A DNA stretch of 64,000 bases from Aulosira sp. ZfuVER01 (GCA_034530615.2 JAVRCV020000025.1:96001-160000); one strand, 5' to 3'; positions 30,284-40,203 are shown, counted from the stretch's first letter. The notes: a model not told the origin generated them from the sequence alone. Numbers and translations: made by a program.

Positions 30284-30898
30284 TCAAGAGAGAATTTTGA
30301 ATTTTGAATTCTCTAAAATCTCCTTTCCAACTTCGGCGTAACAGCACCATGCAATTTGGGCATAAGAATCTTTGACTGCATTTACAGGTACTCCTTCTAA
30401 AGCAGCTCGTTGGAATACAGCCAAGCGACGAATACCAGATTTAAATACAGGTATTCCTGCTTTTAGTAAAGCTGCTCTAGCATCTTCTCCCGCTTTATTA
30501 GGATTTGGCGGAATGAGCGTTAGTAAAATGCGATAATTCGTCTTAAATTGCTTAAGTGCTGCCACCATTTGCATTGTTGCAGCTAAAGCGATCGCATCAG
30601 GAGTTGTTGGTATTACTAGCAAATCGCATCCTTGGGCAATAGTTTTTAATTCATCTGGATCTGGTCTAGCTGGCGTATCAATCACAATATGCTCATAGAG
30701 TTTTGCCAGAACTATTCCCTGCTTTTCATCAGCAACTTTGAATGGCAAACAACCTCGATTTGACCAATCTAAAGCACTGCGGTTGAGATCGCCGTCAACT
30801 AGCAGTGTATCAGCTGTGTTTTGAAGATATGTTGCCAGGTGTAGCGCTGTAGTTGATTTGCCAACACCCCCCTTAAACGCCGCCACAGTAATAATCAT
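30284..30898 (-). CDS. parA: ParA family ATPase (short, plasmid type Ib-like)
   Basis: Deviant Walker A KGGVGKST, LLVDGD, IVIDTP; no N-terminal HTH. Confidence 0.9.
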   Translation of the reverse strand: MIITVAAFKGGVGKSTTALHLATYLQNTADTLLVDGDLNRSALDWSNRGCLPFKVADEKQGIVLAKLYEHIVIDTPARPDPDELKTIAQGCDLLVIPTTPDAIALAATMQMVAALKQFKTNYRILLTLIPPNPNKAGEDARAALLKAGIPVFKSGIRRLAVFQRAALEGVPVNAVKDSYAQIAWCCYAEVGKEILENSKFKILS

Positions 30899-30935
30899 TT
30901 TGGATTTACAAGCAAATAATCCTCAGATTCTACTG

Positions 30936-31008
30936 CATATCTAAACATCTGGACATTTAATAAACATCTAGATGTTTAAACGTTTAAGTTTTCAGACACT
31001 CAGATGCT
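30936..31008. promoter_or_regulatory. Octamer-periodic repeats/palindrome upstream of parA (candidate parC/operator)
   Basis: CATATCTA AACATCTG GACATTTA; perfect 18-bp palindrome TAAACATCTAGATGTTTA at 30961-30978; then AACGTTTA. Confidence 0.55.
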
Positions 31009-31126
31009 TTAATTGCAAAAAGTCGATACTCGTATATTTAGCATAAAATTATTTGATAAGCTAAATATATTCAGTAAAATGTAGACTTAAAAGCATAAAG
31101 AGAAACTCAGTAAATAACTAAACAGT

Positions 31127-32398
31127 TTAGTTTTCTGCTACCCCTCTCACAGGTAACACAATCGTAAATTCAGTTCCTTGATTGAGTGTGGAATTGACCT
31201 GAATTGACCCACCATGCTTTTCCACGACAATTTGATGAGCGATCGCTAATCCCAATCCAGTACCTTGACCAACTCCCTTCGTAGTGAACAAGCATTCAAA
31301 AACCTGCTGTTTCATCTCCTCTGCTATTCCAACGCCATTATCTGCAATCCGAATCGTGACAAATTCCGGCTCTAGCATTTCTGTACAGACCTTGATAACT
31401 AGGGAATTATCGACTCGCTTTCCCTGTTGCCAAGCTTCTTCTAGGGCATCAACGGCATTAGCGAGGATATTCATAAACACTTGATTAAGTTGTCCTGGAT
31501 AGCACTCAATCTTTGGTAAAGGGGAGTATTGTTTGACAACTTTAATTTCCGGTCGTTGCCCCAAAGCTTTCAGGCGGTGTCGCAGAATTAATAGAGTACT
31601 GTCAAGCCCTTGGTGTATATCGACCTCAAGCTTTACAGATGTATCAGTGCGGGCAAAGTTTCGCAGCGATACAGAAATCTCTTTGATGCGATCCGTACTT
31701 AACTGCATAGAATTGAGGAGGCTGGGCAAATCTTCGAGAATAAACTCCAGATCTGTTTGCGCGATCGCCTCTTGAATAACTGGTGGAAGTTGGGAGTAAT
31801 ATTGCTGACATAATTGCAAGATGTTAGTAATCTCGGCAACATACTCTTGAGCAGGATGCATATTGCTGATAATGCAGCTAATGGGATTATTCATTTCATG
31901 TGCCACACCCGCCATCAGTTGACCAAGCATTGAGAGCTTTTCTTGTTGCACCAGTTGCACTTGCGCTTGTGCCAACGCCGCTGTTCGTTCTGCTACTCGC
32001 TGTTCTAGGCGATCACTCAGTTGCTTAAGTTGTAAATGCGATCGCACTCTCGCAATTACTTCTGCTTGTTCAAAAGGCTTGGGAATGTAATCAACAGCTC
32101 CTAAAGAGAATCCTTTCACCTTGTTTTCCGCATCCGTCAGCGCTGTCATAAAAATTATCGGGATTGTTTGCGTTAAAGGATCGGCTTTGAGTTTCTGGCA
32201 GGTTTCAAACCCATCAATTCCCGGCATTTGTACATCTAAAAGAATCAAAGCAGGTGGTTTATGCTGCACCAATTCGATTGCACTTTCGCCATCTTCAGCA
32301 ACGCGAACCGCAAAACCTGCACCTTTTAAAGCTTGTGATAGCACTGCCAAATTAGTTGGATTGTCATCAACAATCAAAACAAAATCAGAGTCTTTCAT
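31127..32398 (-). CDS. Hybrid response regulator-histidine kinase
   Basis: N-terminal receiver (IVDD, LLDVQMP), VAHEMNNP, HATPase boxes. Confidence 0.92.
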   Translation of the reverse strand: MKDSDFVLIVDDNPTNLAVLSQALKGAGFAVRVAEDGESAIELVQHKPPALILLDVQMPGIDGFETCQKLKADPLTQTIPIIFMTALTDAENKVKGFSLGAVDYIPKPFEQAEVIARVRSHLQLKQLSDRLEQRVAERTAALAQAQVQLVQQEKLSMLGQLMAGVAHEMNNPISCIISNMHPAQEYVAEITNILQLCQQYYSQLPPVIQEAIAQTDLEFILEDLPSLLNSMQLSTDRIKEISVSLRNFARTDTSVKLEVDIHQGLDSTLLILRHRLKALGQRPEIKVVKQYSPLPKIECYPGQLNQVFMNILANAVDALEEAWQQGKRVDNSLVIKVCTEMLEPEFVTIRIADNGVGIAEEMKQQVFECLFTTKGVGQGTGLGLAIAHQIVVEKHGGSIQVNSTLNQGTEFTIVLPVRGVAEN

Positions 32399-32445
32399 CG
32401 GTTTAAATTCTAAAGATTATTTTTTATCAAATAAATTCAAATGCT

Positions 32446-34827
32446 TCAGTTAGCTTGATTAATCCATTGATTTAATAGCTCACGCAGCTTTTTAAGTTGG
32501 AAATTTTCGGCAAGCTGGATTACTTGTTGGGTAAAGTTAAAATAAGCCGGATCGCTTGCTTTCAAATTCTTCGCTTCATTCACCACACCATCGACATCGC
32601 CCTGTTTTGCCAATTCTTGCAAATGAGTTAATACCTTAATAGGAGGTAAACAAATCTCATTTGTTTCTTGCTGATTGGCAGCAATTTGTGATTTTGTTGT
32701 ATAAACCCATTCCAGATTTAGGTGAAGTTTGAGTAGTTCCAACAGAGTTTCCGTTGCCACAGGTTTGGGTAAGAAAGCATTCGCCCCAGCATCTAAACTC
32801 TGATTTTGATCGCTTTCAAATACACTGGCGGAGGAAGCAATAATCGCCACATCTTTCAATTGAGCAGATTGTTTTACCTGTTGAATCAGCGCCAAACCAT
32901 CCATAACAGGCATTATTAAATCAGTGATGATCAAGTCTGGGGGAGTAGCAACAGCTCGCTCAATTCCCTCTTGTCCATCATTAGCTTCCATCACTTCAAA
33001 TCCAATCGGTTCCAGCAAATTGACAATTACCGAACGGTTTTCCCACTTGTCATCTACAACCAAGATAGTGCGTTTTTTACCCTGATAACCTGCGATCGCT
33101 CCCTCCGGCATCTCCCTAGAAGCCGCTGCCCATCCTGTAGCTTCTGGCACATCCACCTCAAACCAGAAAACACTCCCCTTACCCAATTGACTTTGAACTT
33201 CCAAAGCACTACCCATGAGGCGGACGATTTGTTGACTAATGGCTAATCCTAATCCAGTTCCTTCCGCTTGTCGCTTGAAGTCTCCAACTTGTTCAAAGGG
33301 AAGAAAGATTTTCTGTAATTGCTCTGATGTCATGCCAACTCCCGTATCTTCCACTTGGAAACGAATCTTGCAATTTTGGATTTTTTCCTCATTTAGCACT
33401 TGGACTTTCAAAGTCACTCCCCCGTTATCTGTAAACTTGATTGCGTTTCCCAGGAGATTAATTAAAACTTGCCGCAGTCGTTTCTCATCTGCATGAATCC
33501 CAACAGGGAGTTGAACGTCAGGTTGATAGTTGAAGGCAATCACTTTTTGTTCAGCTTTGATGCGGCAGATTTCCACGACTCCTTGCAGAAATGAAGGGAA
33601 ATGGAAATCAACCGGACGCAGTTCCATTTTGCGGGCTTCAATTTTAGACAAATCGAGTACATCGTTAATTAAAGTCAACAAATGAGAGCCGCATTGATGG
33701 ATAATTTCAATACCTTTATGTCCTTTTTCTGTGAGGGGTTCAGTCCGTTGGAGGATTTGCGTATAGCCCAGGATACCGTTGAGAGGCGTGCGTAACTCGT
33801 GGCTCATGTTGGCAAGAAATTCACTCTTGGCTTGATTGGCAACTTCAGCAATATTCTTCGCCTGCTTGAGTTCAATCGTCCGTTCTTCAACTCGTTGTTC
33901 TAGTTCATCGTTAGCTTGTCGGAGTCTTGTTTCTGCCTTTTGGTTTTCACTCGTCATCGCCGACAGCACAAATGTAGTGATAGCGATCACACAGATAAAT
34001 GATTGCAGCAGAATCAGTGATTCATTGGGTGAGGCTTGTTTAGCAAAAGAACCAAAGCCGCGAACAGTGCCAAAAATTGCGATCGCCGACACAATCATCA
34101 CAAGCAAAGTCGATTCCCGTGGTTGAAACCGAATTGCCGACCAAATTAGTGGGGGAATAATCATGTATTCAATTGGATATCCTCCCGAAAAAGCTACATG
34201 ATCGATTACCATCACCCAGAGTAAAACAATGACAAACTCGGTAATTTGGCGCCGTTCAAAGCTTTTTTGCGAATTTTGACACCATACCAGCAATAAAGGT
34301 GTCACAACCAAAAGACCCGTAACGTCTGAAGCCAGCCAAGTGCGAAACACATCACCAAAAGCTACCCAAGGAGCAATGCCGCTGACACAAAGCGTTAATG
34401 CCGCCAGTACCGAACTGATCAAAGGGGTAGGTATAGTTAAGACAATAAACTTTAAGACATCTTGCGATCGCTCTAAAAAATTGCGGCGTTTGATCCAGCG
34501 ATGAATCAAAAAAGTGCCGATAAAAGGAGTGAAGAGATTAACAGCGGGAATAATGCTACTAATTAACAAATTATGTTTGAAAAACAGAAGATAGCTAACA
34601 ATAAAATCACTCACAAATAATATCGGCCAAACACGATACCCTACCAGCAACATTGCCGCCAAAAATACACCAAGTGAAGGCCAAAATACTGATGCCCCAT
34701 TGACAAATGTCATGGATAAACCTATATATCCAAGGCAGAAGTGGACAATAGGAATAATTAGCGCAGCTATCAAAAAGGGGCGATCGAATTTAATTAAAGA
34801 TTTCTGCTTGATCGTAGTCTGCTGCAT
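32446..34827 (-). CDS. MASE1-domain hybrid sensor histidine kinase/response regulator
   Basis: Multi-TM MASE1 (FWPSLG), FLANMSHELRTPLNG, C-terminal receiver. Confidence 0.92.
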   Translation of the reverse strand: MQQTTIKQKSLIKFDRPFLIAALIIPIVHFCLGYIGLSMTFVNGASVFWPSLGVFLAAMLLVGYRVWPILFVSDFIVSYLLFFKHNLLISSIIPAVNLFTPFIGTFLIHRWIKRRNFLERSQDVLKFIVLTIPTPLISSVLAALTLCVSGIAPWVAFGDVFRTWLASDVTGLLVVTPLLLVWCQNSQKSFERRQITEFVIVLLWVMVIDHVAFSGGYPIEYMIIPPLIWSAIRFQPRESTLLVMIVSAIAIFGTVRGFGSFAKQASPNESLILLQSFICVIAITTFVLSAMTSENQKAETRLRQANDELEQRVEERTIELKQAKNIAEVANQAKSEFLANMSHELRTPLNGILGYTQILQRTEPLTEKGHKGIEIIHQCGSHLLTLINDVLDLSKIEARKMELRPVDFHFPSFLQGVVEICRIKAEQKVIAFNYQPDVQLPVGIHADEKRLRQVLINLLGNAIKFTDNGGVTLKVQVLNEEKIQNCKIRFQVEDTGVGMTSEQLQKIFLPFEQVGDFKRQAEGTGLGLAISQQIVRLMGSALEVQSQLGKGSVFWFEVDVPEATGWAAASREMPEGAIAGYQGKKRTILVVDDKWENRSVIVNLLEPIGFEVMEANDGQEGIERAVATPPDLIITDLIMPVMDGLALIQQVKQSAQLKDVAIIASSASVFESDQNQSLDAGANAFLPKPVATETLLELLKLHLNLEWVYTTKSQIAANQQETNEICLPPIKVLTHLQELAKQGDVDGVVNEAKNLKASDPAYFNFTQQVIQLAENFQLKKLRELLNQWINQAN

Positions 34828-35312
34828 TTCTTATCTCCATATAGATATTTGAAGGACAGTAACCCTCAAAAAGGCTATCAAGCTTATAGTTCCCAGCCGT
34901 GGATGAAAAAGCAGGGGCTAGGGAGCAGGCGGAGAAATAAATAACTAATGACCAATGCCCCATTCCCCATTCCCATTTCCGTATATAGGTAAATCAAATA
35001 AAAATTCGGAATAAAATATATATTGCAAATAGAACAGAATAACTGAGGTAATTTAGGCAATGGGTAATTATTGCCAAAAAGCCTAAACACCACTCTTCGA
35101 GCCATCACAGTTGACCGACACCTTCAAGCCAAGAATGCTATACAGATAGATAGACAGGTTGACCGAAAAAGTCTACAATCTGAACTTATTGCAGTAAATT
35201 TACCTATTGTCCAATCAACCTAGGCATAGTAAAGATTTTCTAGCGTTTCCGGCGTGATGCCAAAGCGCCCTATTAATATGGTGAAAGTCTTTTAGTAAAG
35301 GGCAGCAAACCG

Positions 35313-35435
35313 ATGGATGTAAAGCTGATTTTAGCGGGATTAACAGTCGTATTTACGATTTCGTGCTTGTTTTTTGGCACGAAAAACGGATTTTATGACT
35401 CCGATAACTATCACGGCAATGGCTCTGCACATTGA
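35313..35435 (+). CDS. ndhP: NDH-1 complex small subunit NdhP
   Basis: Manual translation MDVKLILAGLTVVFTISCLFFGTKNGFYDSDNYHGNGSAH*; too short for the ORF track. Confidence 0.9.
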   Translation: MDVKLILAGLTVVFTISCLFFGTKNGFYDSDNYHGNGSAH

Positions 35436-35447
35436 AAAAGGTCTGAA

Positions 35448-35655
35448 GGTCGGCTTGTGACCCTCAGAACTTCGGAAAGGAAAACTCCCTTAATCCCTAG
35501 TTTGAGGGCTTGTCGTTACTCAACTTTTCCGAACCTGGGCGGGTTCGGCGGAGGTGTCCTCCCCCATTAAAAATCCGCATTTTCAAGGTGAAGGGGCGCA
35601 AAATGAAACTTACCCCTAGGTCACAAAACCAAAACACCCACAGTTTTTGGCTTTT
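35448..35655 (+). ncRNA. Candidate multi-stem structured RNA (leader or ncRNA)
   Basis: Closing stem TTGTGACC/GGTCACAA enclosing three hairpins, with G-U pairs favouring the plus strand. Confidence 0.45.
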
Positions 35656-35693
35656 GGGATATTTCCATGACTATGAGGTTTGAGGGGGAGAAC

Positions 35694-37361
35694 ATGAGAG
35701 ATAATCTTTCATCGTCCTCTCGTATTGATGCTGATGAGGCAGCTAGCCAATTAGAATGTTTGCCTTATGGTGTCCAGCATAATGATGAGGGCGTATGTTT
35801 ATTAGTACGGATGGGCCCGTACCGAGTTTTGCTGGATTGTGGTTTGGGAGATATTTCATCGTTGGTGAAGGGGCTAAAACAGTCGGCACACCGACGAAAT
35901 TCTCCCTTACCAGCAGATTTAGTGTTAATCAGTCACGCTCACCCCGATCACGCTAGGGGATTGCTGGCACTGCATAAAGCTTTCCCACATTTACCCATAT
36001 ATGCCAGCGAAGTAACCAGTAAGTTATTGTCATTAAACTGGTTAGACCAAGACCTAAAAGAAATTCCCCAATTTTGTCAAGCCTTACCACTGCGATCGCC
36101 TGTAGAATTTCAAGAGGGTTTAGTAGCGGAGTTGTTTCCCGCTGGGCATCTACCAGGGGCTGTGGCGATTCTACTTACCTACACAACTCCCCAACGTTCT
36201 TACAAGCTACTGTATACAGGAGACTTTTTCTTATCTAACTCGCGGCTAGTAGAAGGCTTGCGTTTAGAAGAATTACGGGGTTTAGAGCTAGATGCTCTAG
36301 TTATTGAAGGCACTTATGGGACATCGCGGCATACCCACCGCCGCAACCAAGAAAATCAACTAGCAGAAAGAATTCATCGCGCGATCGCAGATCGTTGCTC
36401 GGTGCTACTCCCCACACCCGCTTTAGGGTTGGGGCAAGAACTGCTGATGCTTTTACGCAGCCACCACCACTTCACAGGTAGAGATTTAGATATTTGGGTG
36501 GATGGTGCTGTCGCCAAGGGCTGCGATGCCTATCTGGAACTACTGCCCCACCTCCCGGCATCAGTACAAAACTTCGCCCGTCATCAACCCTTATTTTGGG
36601 ATGAGAGAGTACGTCCTCGCGTGCGCCGTTTGCAAGCAGAACATCGTGCCAATATCGGCAAATCCCCCTGTATTGTCCTCACTGACTCAACAGCGGATTT
36701 TAGCCAATACTGCCAAAGCGAAACCGGTCCCTGGCTCATTCTTCTGCCAGAAAAAATAGATATAAAAGTTAACAAACAATATCCAGCACCCACGACCATT
36801 GAAGGGTATCTTCTCGCCCAACACAGTGATGGCCCCGGTACTACCCAACTAATTCATAACTTGCGACCCCAGCACGTAATTTTTATTCACGGTTCCCCTA
36901 CGTACTTAGCAGACCTGACCGCCTTAGAAGAGTTACAAAACCGCTACCACCTGCATTCACCATCTGCTGGGATGTTAGTAGAACTGCCCATTGGGGATAC
37001 ATTTATACAGCCTGCTGCACCAGAAACTAATTATGAAGGCGAACTCACAGAAGTGGGAACCGTCATCACAATTACCCTCCCAGAGTCCATTACAGCCGAT
37101 CCCCGCTGGCGATCTTTTGCTGATACAGGTTTAATCGAAGCCCGTTGGCAAGGTGAGGAACTAGTATTACGGGGCTTATCGCAACGAGAACTACTCAGCC
37201 AAAATAGCGATCGCTATACCTGGACTGACATAGAATGTTGTGGAACCTGCCGACATCAACGAGGTCAGCGCTGTTGGAACCCCAATTCTCCCCTGTATAA
37301 TTTCAAAGTAACCCTTGAAGGCTATTGTCCCGCATACGAACGTTTAATTGAGAACGAATAG
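35694..37361 (+). CDS. MBL-fold beta-CASP nuclease (CPSF73/YSH1-like) with a C-terminal Cys-rich domain
   Basis: LLDCG, SHAHPDH, AGHLPGA, TGDF, EGTYG, QHSD, IHG; RBS GGGGAG. Confidence 0.88.
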   Translation: MRDNLSSSSRIDADEAASQLECLPYGVQHNDEGVCLLVRMGPYRVLLDCGLGDISSLVKGLKQSAHRRNSPLPADLVLISHAHPDHARGLLALHKAFPHLPIYASEVTSKLLSLNWLDQDLKEIPQFCQALPLRSPVEFQEGLVAELFPAGHLPGAVAILLTYTTPQRSYKLLYTGDFFLSNSRLVEGLRLEELRGLELDALVIEGTYGTSRHTHRRNQENQLAERIHRAIADRCSVLLPTPALGLGQELLMLLRSHHHFTGRDLDIWVDGAVAKGCDAYLELLPHLPASVQNFARHQPLFWDERVRPRVRRLQAEHRANIGKSPCIVLTDSTADFSQYCQSETGPWLILLPEKIDIKVNKQYPAPTTIEGYLLAQHSDGPGTTQLIHNLRPQHVIFIHGSPTYLADLTALEELQNRYHLHSPSAGMLVELPIGDTFIQPAAPETNYEGELTEVGTVITITLPESITADPRWRSFADTGLIEARWQGEELVLRGLSQRELLSQNSDRYTWTDIECCGTCRHQRGQRCWNPNSPLYNFKVTLEGYCPAYERLIENE

Positions 37362-37387
37362 GGGATGAGGGGGACAAGGAAGAAATG

Positions 37388-37418
37388 TCCAATGCCCAAT
37401 GCCCTATGCCCTATGCCC
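37388..37418. repeat. STRR heptamer repeat
   Basis: (C[A/T]ATGCC)4. Confidence 0.75.
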
Positions 37419-37481
37419 AAAAAGTTAAGAGTCCAGAGTGGAAACATTGACCCTGGACTCTTGACTCTCGACTATTTTGAT

Positions 37482-37793
37482 TTATTCAGGATTCGAGTCT
37501 GTGTAACGGTTGCGGATACGTTCAGCTTCCGGACAGTCTTCGGTCATGAGAGGTTCTACATTACCGCGTGGTACTGAGGCTAGCTTTTGCGTTACAGCAC
37601 CAATGCTTTCCAGCCGAACCATCTCTTCCCAAGAACAGACTTCATCCTCTTCTTCTGTTTCATAGCGTAGGGTCACTAAATCTCCCTCGATATCAATGAT
37701 GCGGGCGCGTTCTATCCAGCGTTGCTGGTCCCGCAAGAATACACATACCTCCCGCCCATCGCAACACAATTGATAAATCTTGCGGTGTAGCAT
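37482..37793 (-). CDS. Conserved cyanobacterial small protein (DUF6679-like)
   Basis: 103-aa ORF MLHRKIYQLCCDGREV..., predicted beta-rich. Confidence 0.75.
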   Translation of the reverse strand: MLHRKIYQLCCDGREVCVFLRDQQRWIERARIIDIEGDLVTLRYETEEEDEVCSWEEMVRLESIGAVTQKLASVPRGNVEPLMTEDCPEAERIRNRYTDSNPE

Positions 37794-38360
37794 GTACTGC
37801 TTCTGCCTTTTTAAACAACGTAGTTAAACCTTTCAAAATCTGGGCTTTACCCCAGTTGCATAATACCCTTAAGAAGCCAGTTTTACAGTTACGAGTAACT
37901 ACGTATTTTGACCCAAACCAAAGACTTGCGTGTAGTTGTCAGAATCTCAGGAAATTTTGGGTCATCACCTCATAGTCGCTACGTTGGTGAAACTAAAACT
38001 CCTTCAGGTTCCTTCAGTGAATGTATTCTTCATAGAAGTCATACAATTCGGGATTTATCCTAACTAGGTTAATCCTTGCTGATGAGTTCTTCCTACCATT
38101 ATGTAATAATAGATACTCCGAAACAAGCGTTGATTGCGGTTGTTTGAGTTGCCTACTTGTAATCATTGGCATTGCTGGGAAGTCCGGGAACTCGGCTGTA
38201 CTTTTACCCCTATGTATTTGATCTTAACTCATTCTCTGGCTGTCCTGAATGGTTTTAGACAATAACACCAGAAGAGTTTTGAGTTTAGGGTTTTTGACTG
38301 ATGTGACACGTCCCGTTTACGAGCAACTATGCAACGCCAAAGTCAATTGTTGTAGGGGTA

Positions 38361-38576
38361 TTAGCAAGATTTATTCCCTAAGGGAAAATCCATGAGTAGT
38401 TTCGAGGATGCTTCTCGTTTAATTTGACCTGCACGAACTGCATCATAAAGCGCGCCAAGAGCTAGCAAATCATCTGACTGATAACACTTCGTCGCTAAAA
38501 CTTGATGGAGTAGACCCTCAGATTCAACACTAAGACATCCAGTTTGGAAAGCAGATTCAACAATTGTGCGAATCAT
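38361..38576 (-). CDS. Small conserved hypothetical protein
   Basis: IRxIVExAFQTGxLSVExE pattern typical of small cyanobacterial proteins. Confidence 0.7.
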   Translation of the reverse strand: MIRTIVESAFQTGCLSVESEGLLHQVLATKCYQSDDLLALGALYDAVRAGQIKREASSKLLMDFPLGNKSC

Positions 38577-38894
38577 GTTGATTAGGGCTTAGTAAGCAAT
38601 TTGTTACCTCCAGTATGAAATAATTTTTAATTTTACCAACTGATATGAGACGGTGAGAGCTAGTGATTATAATTACATTAATTTGTGATCTCCATCATAG
38701 GGAACGTTTATACTGTCTGACTCTTGAATTGCCGATATATTAAGATATTTAGGAAATCAATTATCTACAATTCTCAAGTGCAAAGTAGAAACTAGACATA
38801 CAGATTTGATAGTTAAATATACACCAATTTTAAGTAAATGCCGCAGAATCTTTAGAAGTTTCAATTCTCCAAAGGAATAATAATATACACATAA

Positions 38895-39683
38895 TTAAGG
38901 CAAAACCTGGCGGAAATCCTCATCTCGATCGCTCAATTGCACCCAATCCAGATTTAAAGACCGTAATTTTTGCACCAAGCGATCGCAAGCGGGGCGTTCG
39001 GTAGCATAGTGTCCCGCATCAATCAAAACCAAACCGCGATCGCGGCTTTCTTGGAACTGATGAAACTTACAATCAGAAGTTAGATAAGCAGCAGCACCAG
39101 TTTTCACTACCGCCGAAATATAACTAGCACCAGAACCGCCTAAAACTGCCACTTTAGAAATTTCTTGGTGTAAATCGGCAGTTGGTGACACAATCAAATT
39201 TGGAGGAGCAAGGCAGGTGTGGATTACCGCCAATAATTCCTTTAATGTCATCAAAGGCTGTAATATGCCAACCCGACCATATCCTAATCCATTTTGTGTA
39301 GGAACGATGGGAGTAACGTCCTTCAGTTCTAAAAGTTGAGCCAAAACATCAGCAGTTCCATCTTGCACTTGGTCGAAATTGGTATGGGCGCTGTATATGC
39401 CGATTTTTTTGGTAAAAGCTAACCGCACCATTTCTGCGATCGCTTCACCACTACGTAGAGATTTGGGAGGGTTAAATATTAAAGGATGATGAGCAAAAAT
39501 TAGATTAGCGTTGCAGGCGATCGCTTCTTGCATCACCGCCAAAGTAGGCGTTAAACACACCAAAACCCTAGCAGATTCTTGTAAAATTCCCGGCTCTACC
39601 TGCCAACCACAATTATCCCAACTTTCACTCCAAGCAGGATTTGCCCATTCTTCAAACCATGTAATTAAGTCAGCAATTTTCAT
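38895..39683 (-). CDS. Nif3/YbgI-like dinuclear metal centre protein
   Basis: WDNCG, AHHPLIF, AHTNFD, GGSG, DAGHYATE. Confidence 0.95.
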   Translation of the reverse strand: MKIADLITWFEEWANPAWSESWDNCGWQVEPGILQESARVLVCLTPTLAVMQEAIACNANLIFAHHPLIFNPPKSLRSGEAIAEMVRLAFTKKIGIYSAHTNFDQVQDGTADVLAQLLELKDVTPIVPTQNGLGYGRVGILQPLMTLKELLAVIHTCLAPPNLIVSPTADLHQEISKVAVLGGSGASYISAVVKTGAAAYLTSDCKFHQFQESRDRGLVLIDAGHYATERPACDRLVQKLRSLNLDWVQLSDRDEDFRQVLP

Positions 39684-39789
39684 TAAATTTCAGCAGCTAC
39701 CAAGCGAGCTAATTATTTTATGCCCAATTAAGCCTACAGAAAACTGTGGCTTAAGTAATATTTAATGATTAGGCAACTTTTGAGAAATT

Positions 39790-40203
39790 CTATCCAGAGA
39801 TATGGACAACTAACTCTCTAACATGACTGCGCTGACGATGTTCCCAAACATAAATTCCTTGCCAAGTACCCAAAACCAAATGACCTCGATTAATGGGGAT
39901 ATGTTCGGACGTGTGGGTAAGGGCTGTACGGATATGTGCGGGCATATCATCAGGGCCTTCCGCATCATGAATGTACTTGCCTGATTCTGGTACAAGTTTC
40001 GCCATAAAATTAGCCAGATCCACCAGCACATCGGGGTCGGCATTTTCTTGAATCACCAAGCTAGCTGAAGTGTGGCGCAAAAATAGAGTACACAGTCCAA
40101 TTTCCACCCCCGACTCGGCAACGATCGCTTCAATTTTTGAGGTGATATTTTGAAAAGATTTGCCAGTAGTGGAAACTCTGAGTAGCTTTTGGTAATGAGT
40201 CAC
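39790..40203 (-). CDS. yjbQ: YjbQ/UPF0047 secondary thiamine-phosphate synthase family protein
   Basis: HTSASLVIQENADPDV, HDAEGPDDMPAH, LGTWQGI; GTG start. Confidence 0.92.
   Translation of the reverse strand: MTHYQKLLRVSTTGKSFQNITSKIEAIVAESGVEIGLCTLFLRHTSASLVIQENADPDVLVDLANFMAKLVPESGKYIHDAEGPDDMPAHIRTALTHTSEHIPINRGHLVLGTWQGIYVWEHRQRSHVRELVVHISG

Noticed and set aside
23454..31000. Classical nifD/hupL/fdxN-type interruption element around the Xis-like gene
   Set aside because: No nif, hup or fdx fragments and no convincing direct repeats; the flanking genes appear intact.
34884..35108. 74-aa ORF
   Set aside because: It includes STRR-encoded MGMGNGALVI, has low complexity and no RBS.
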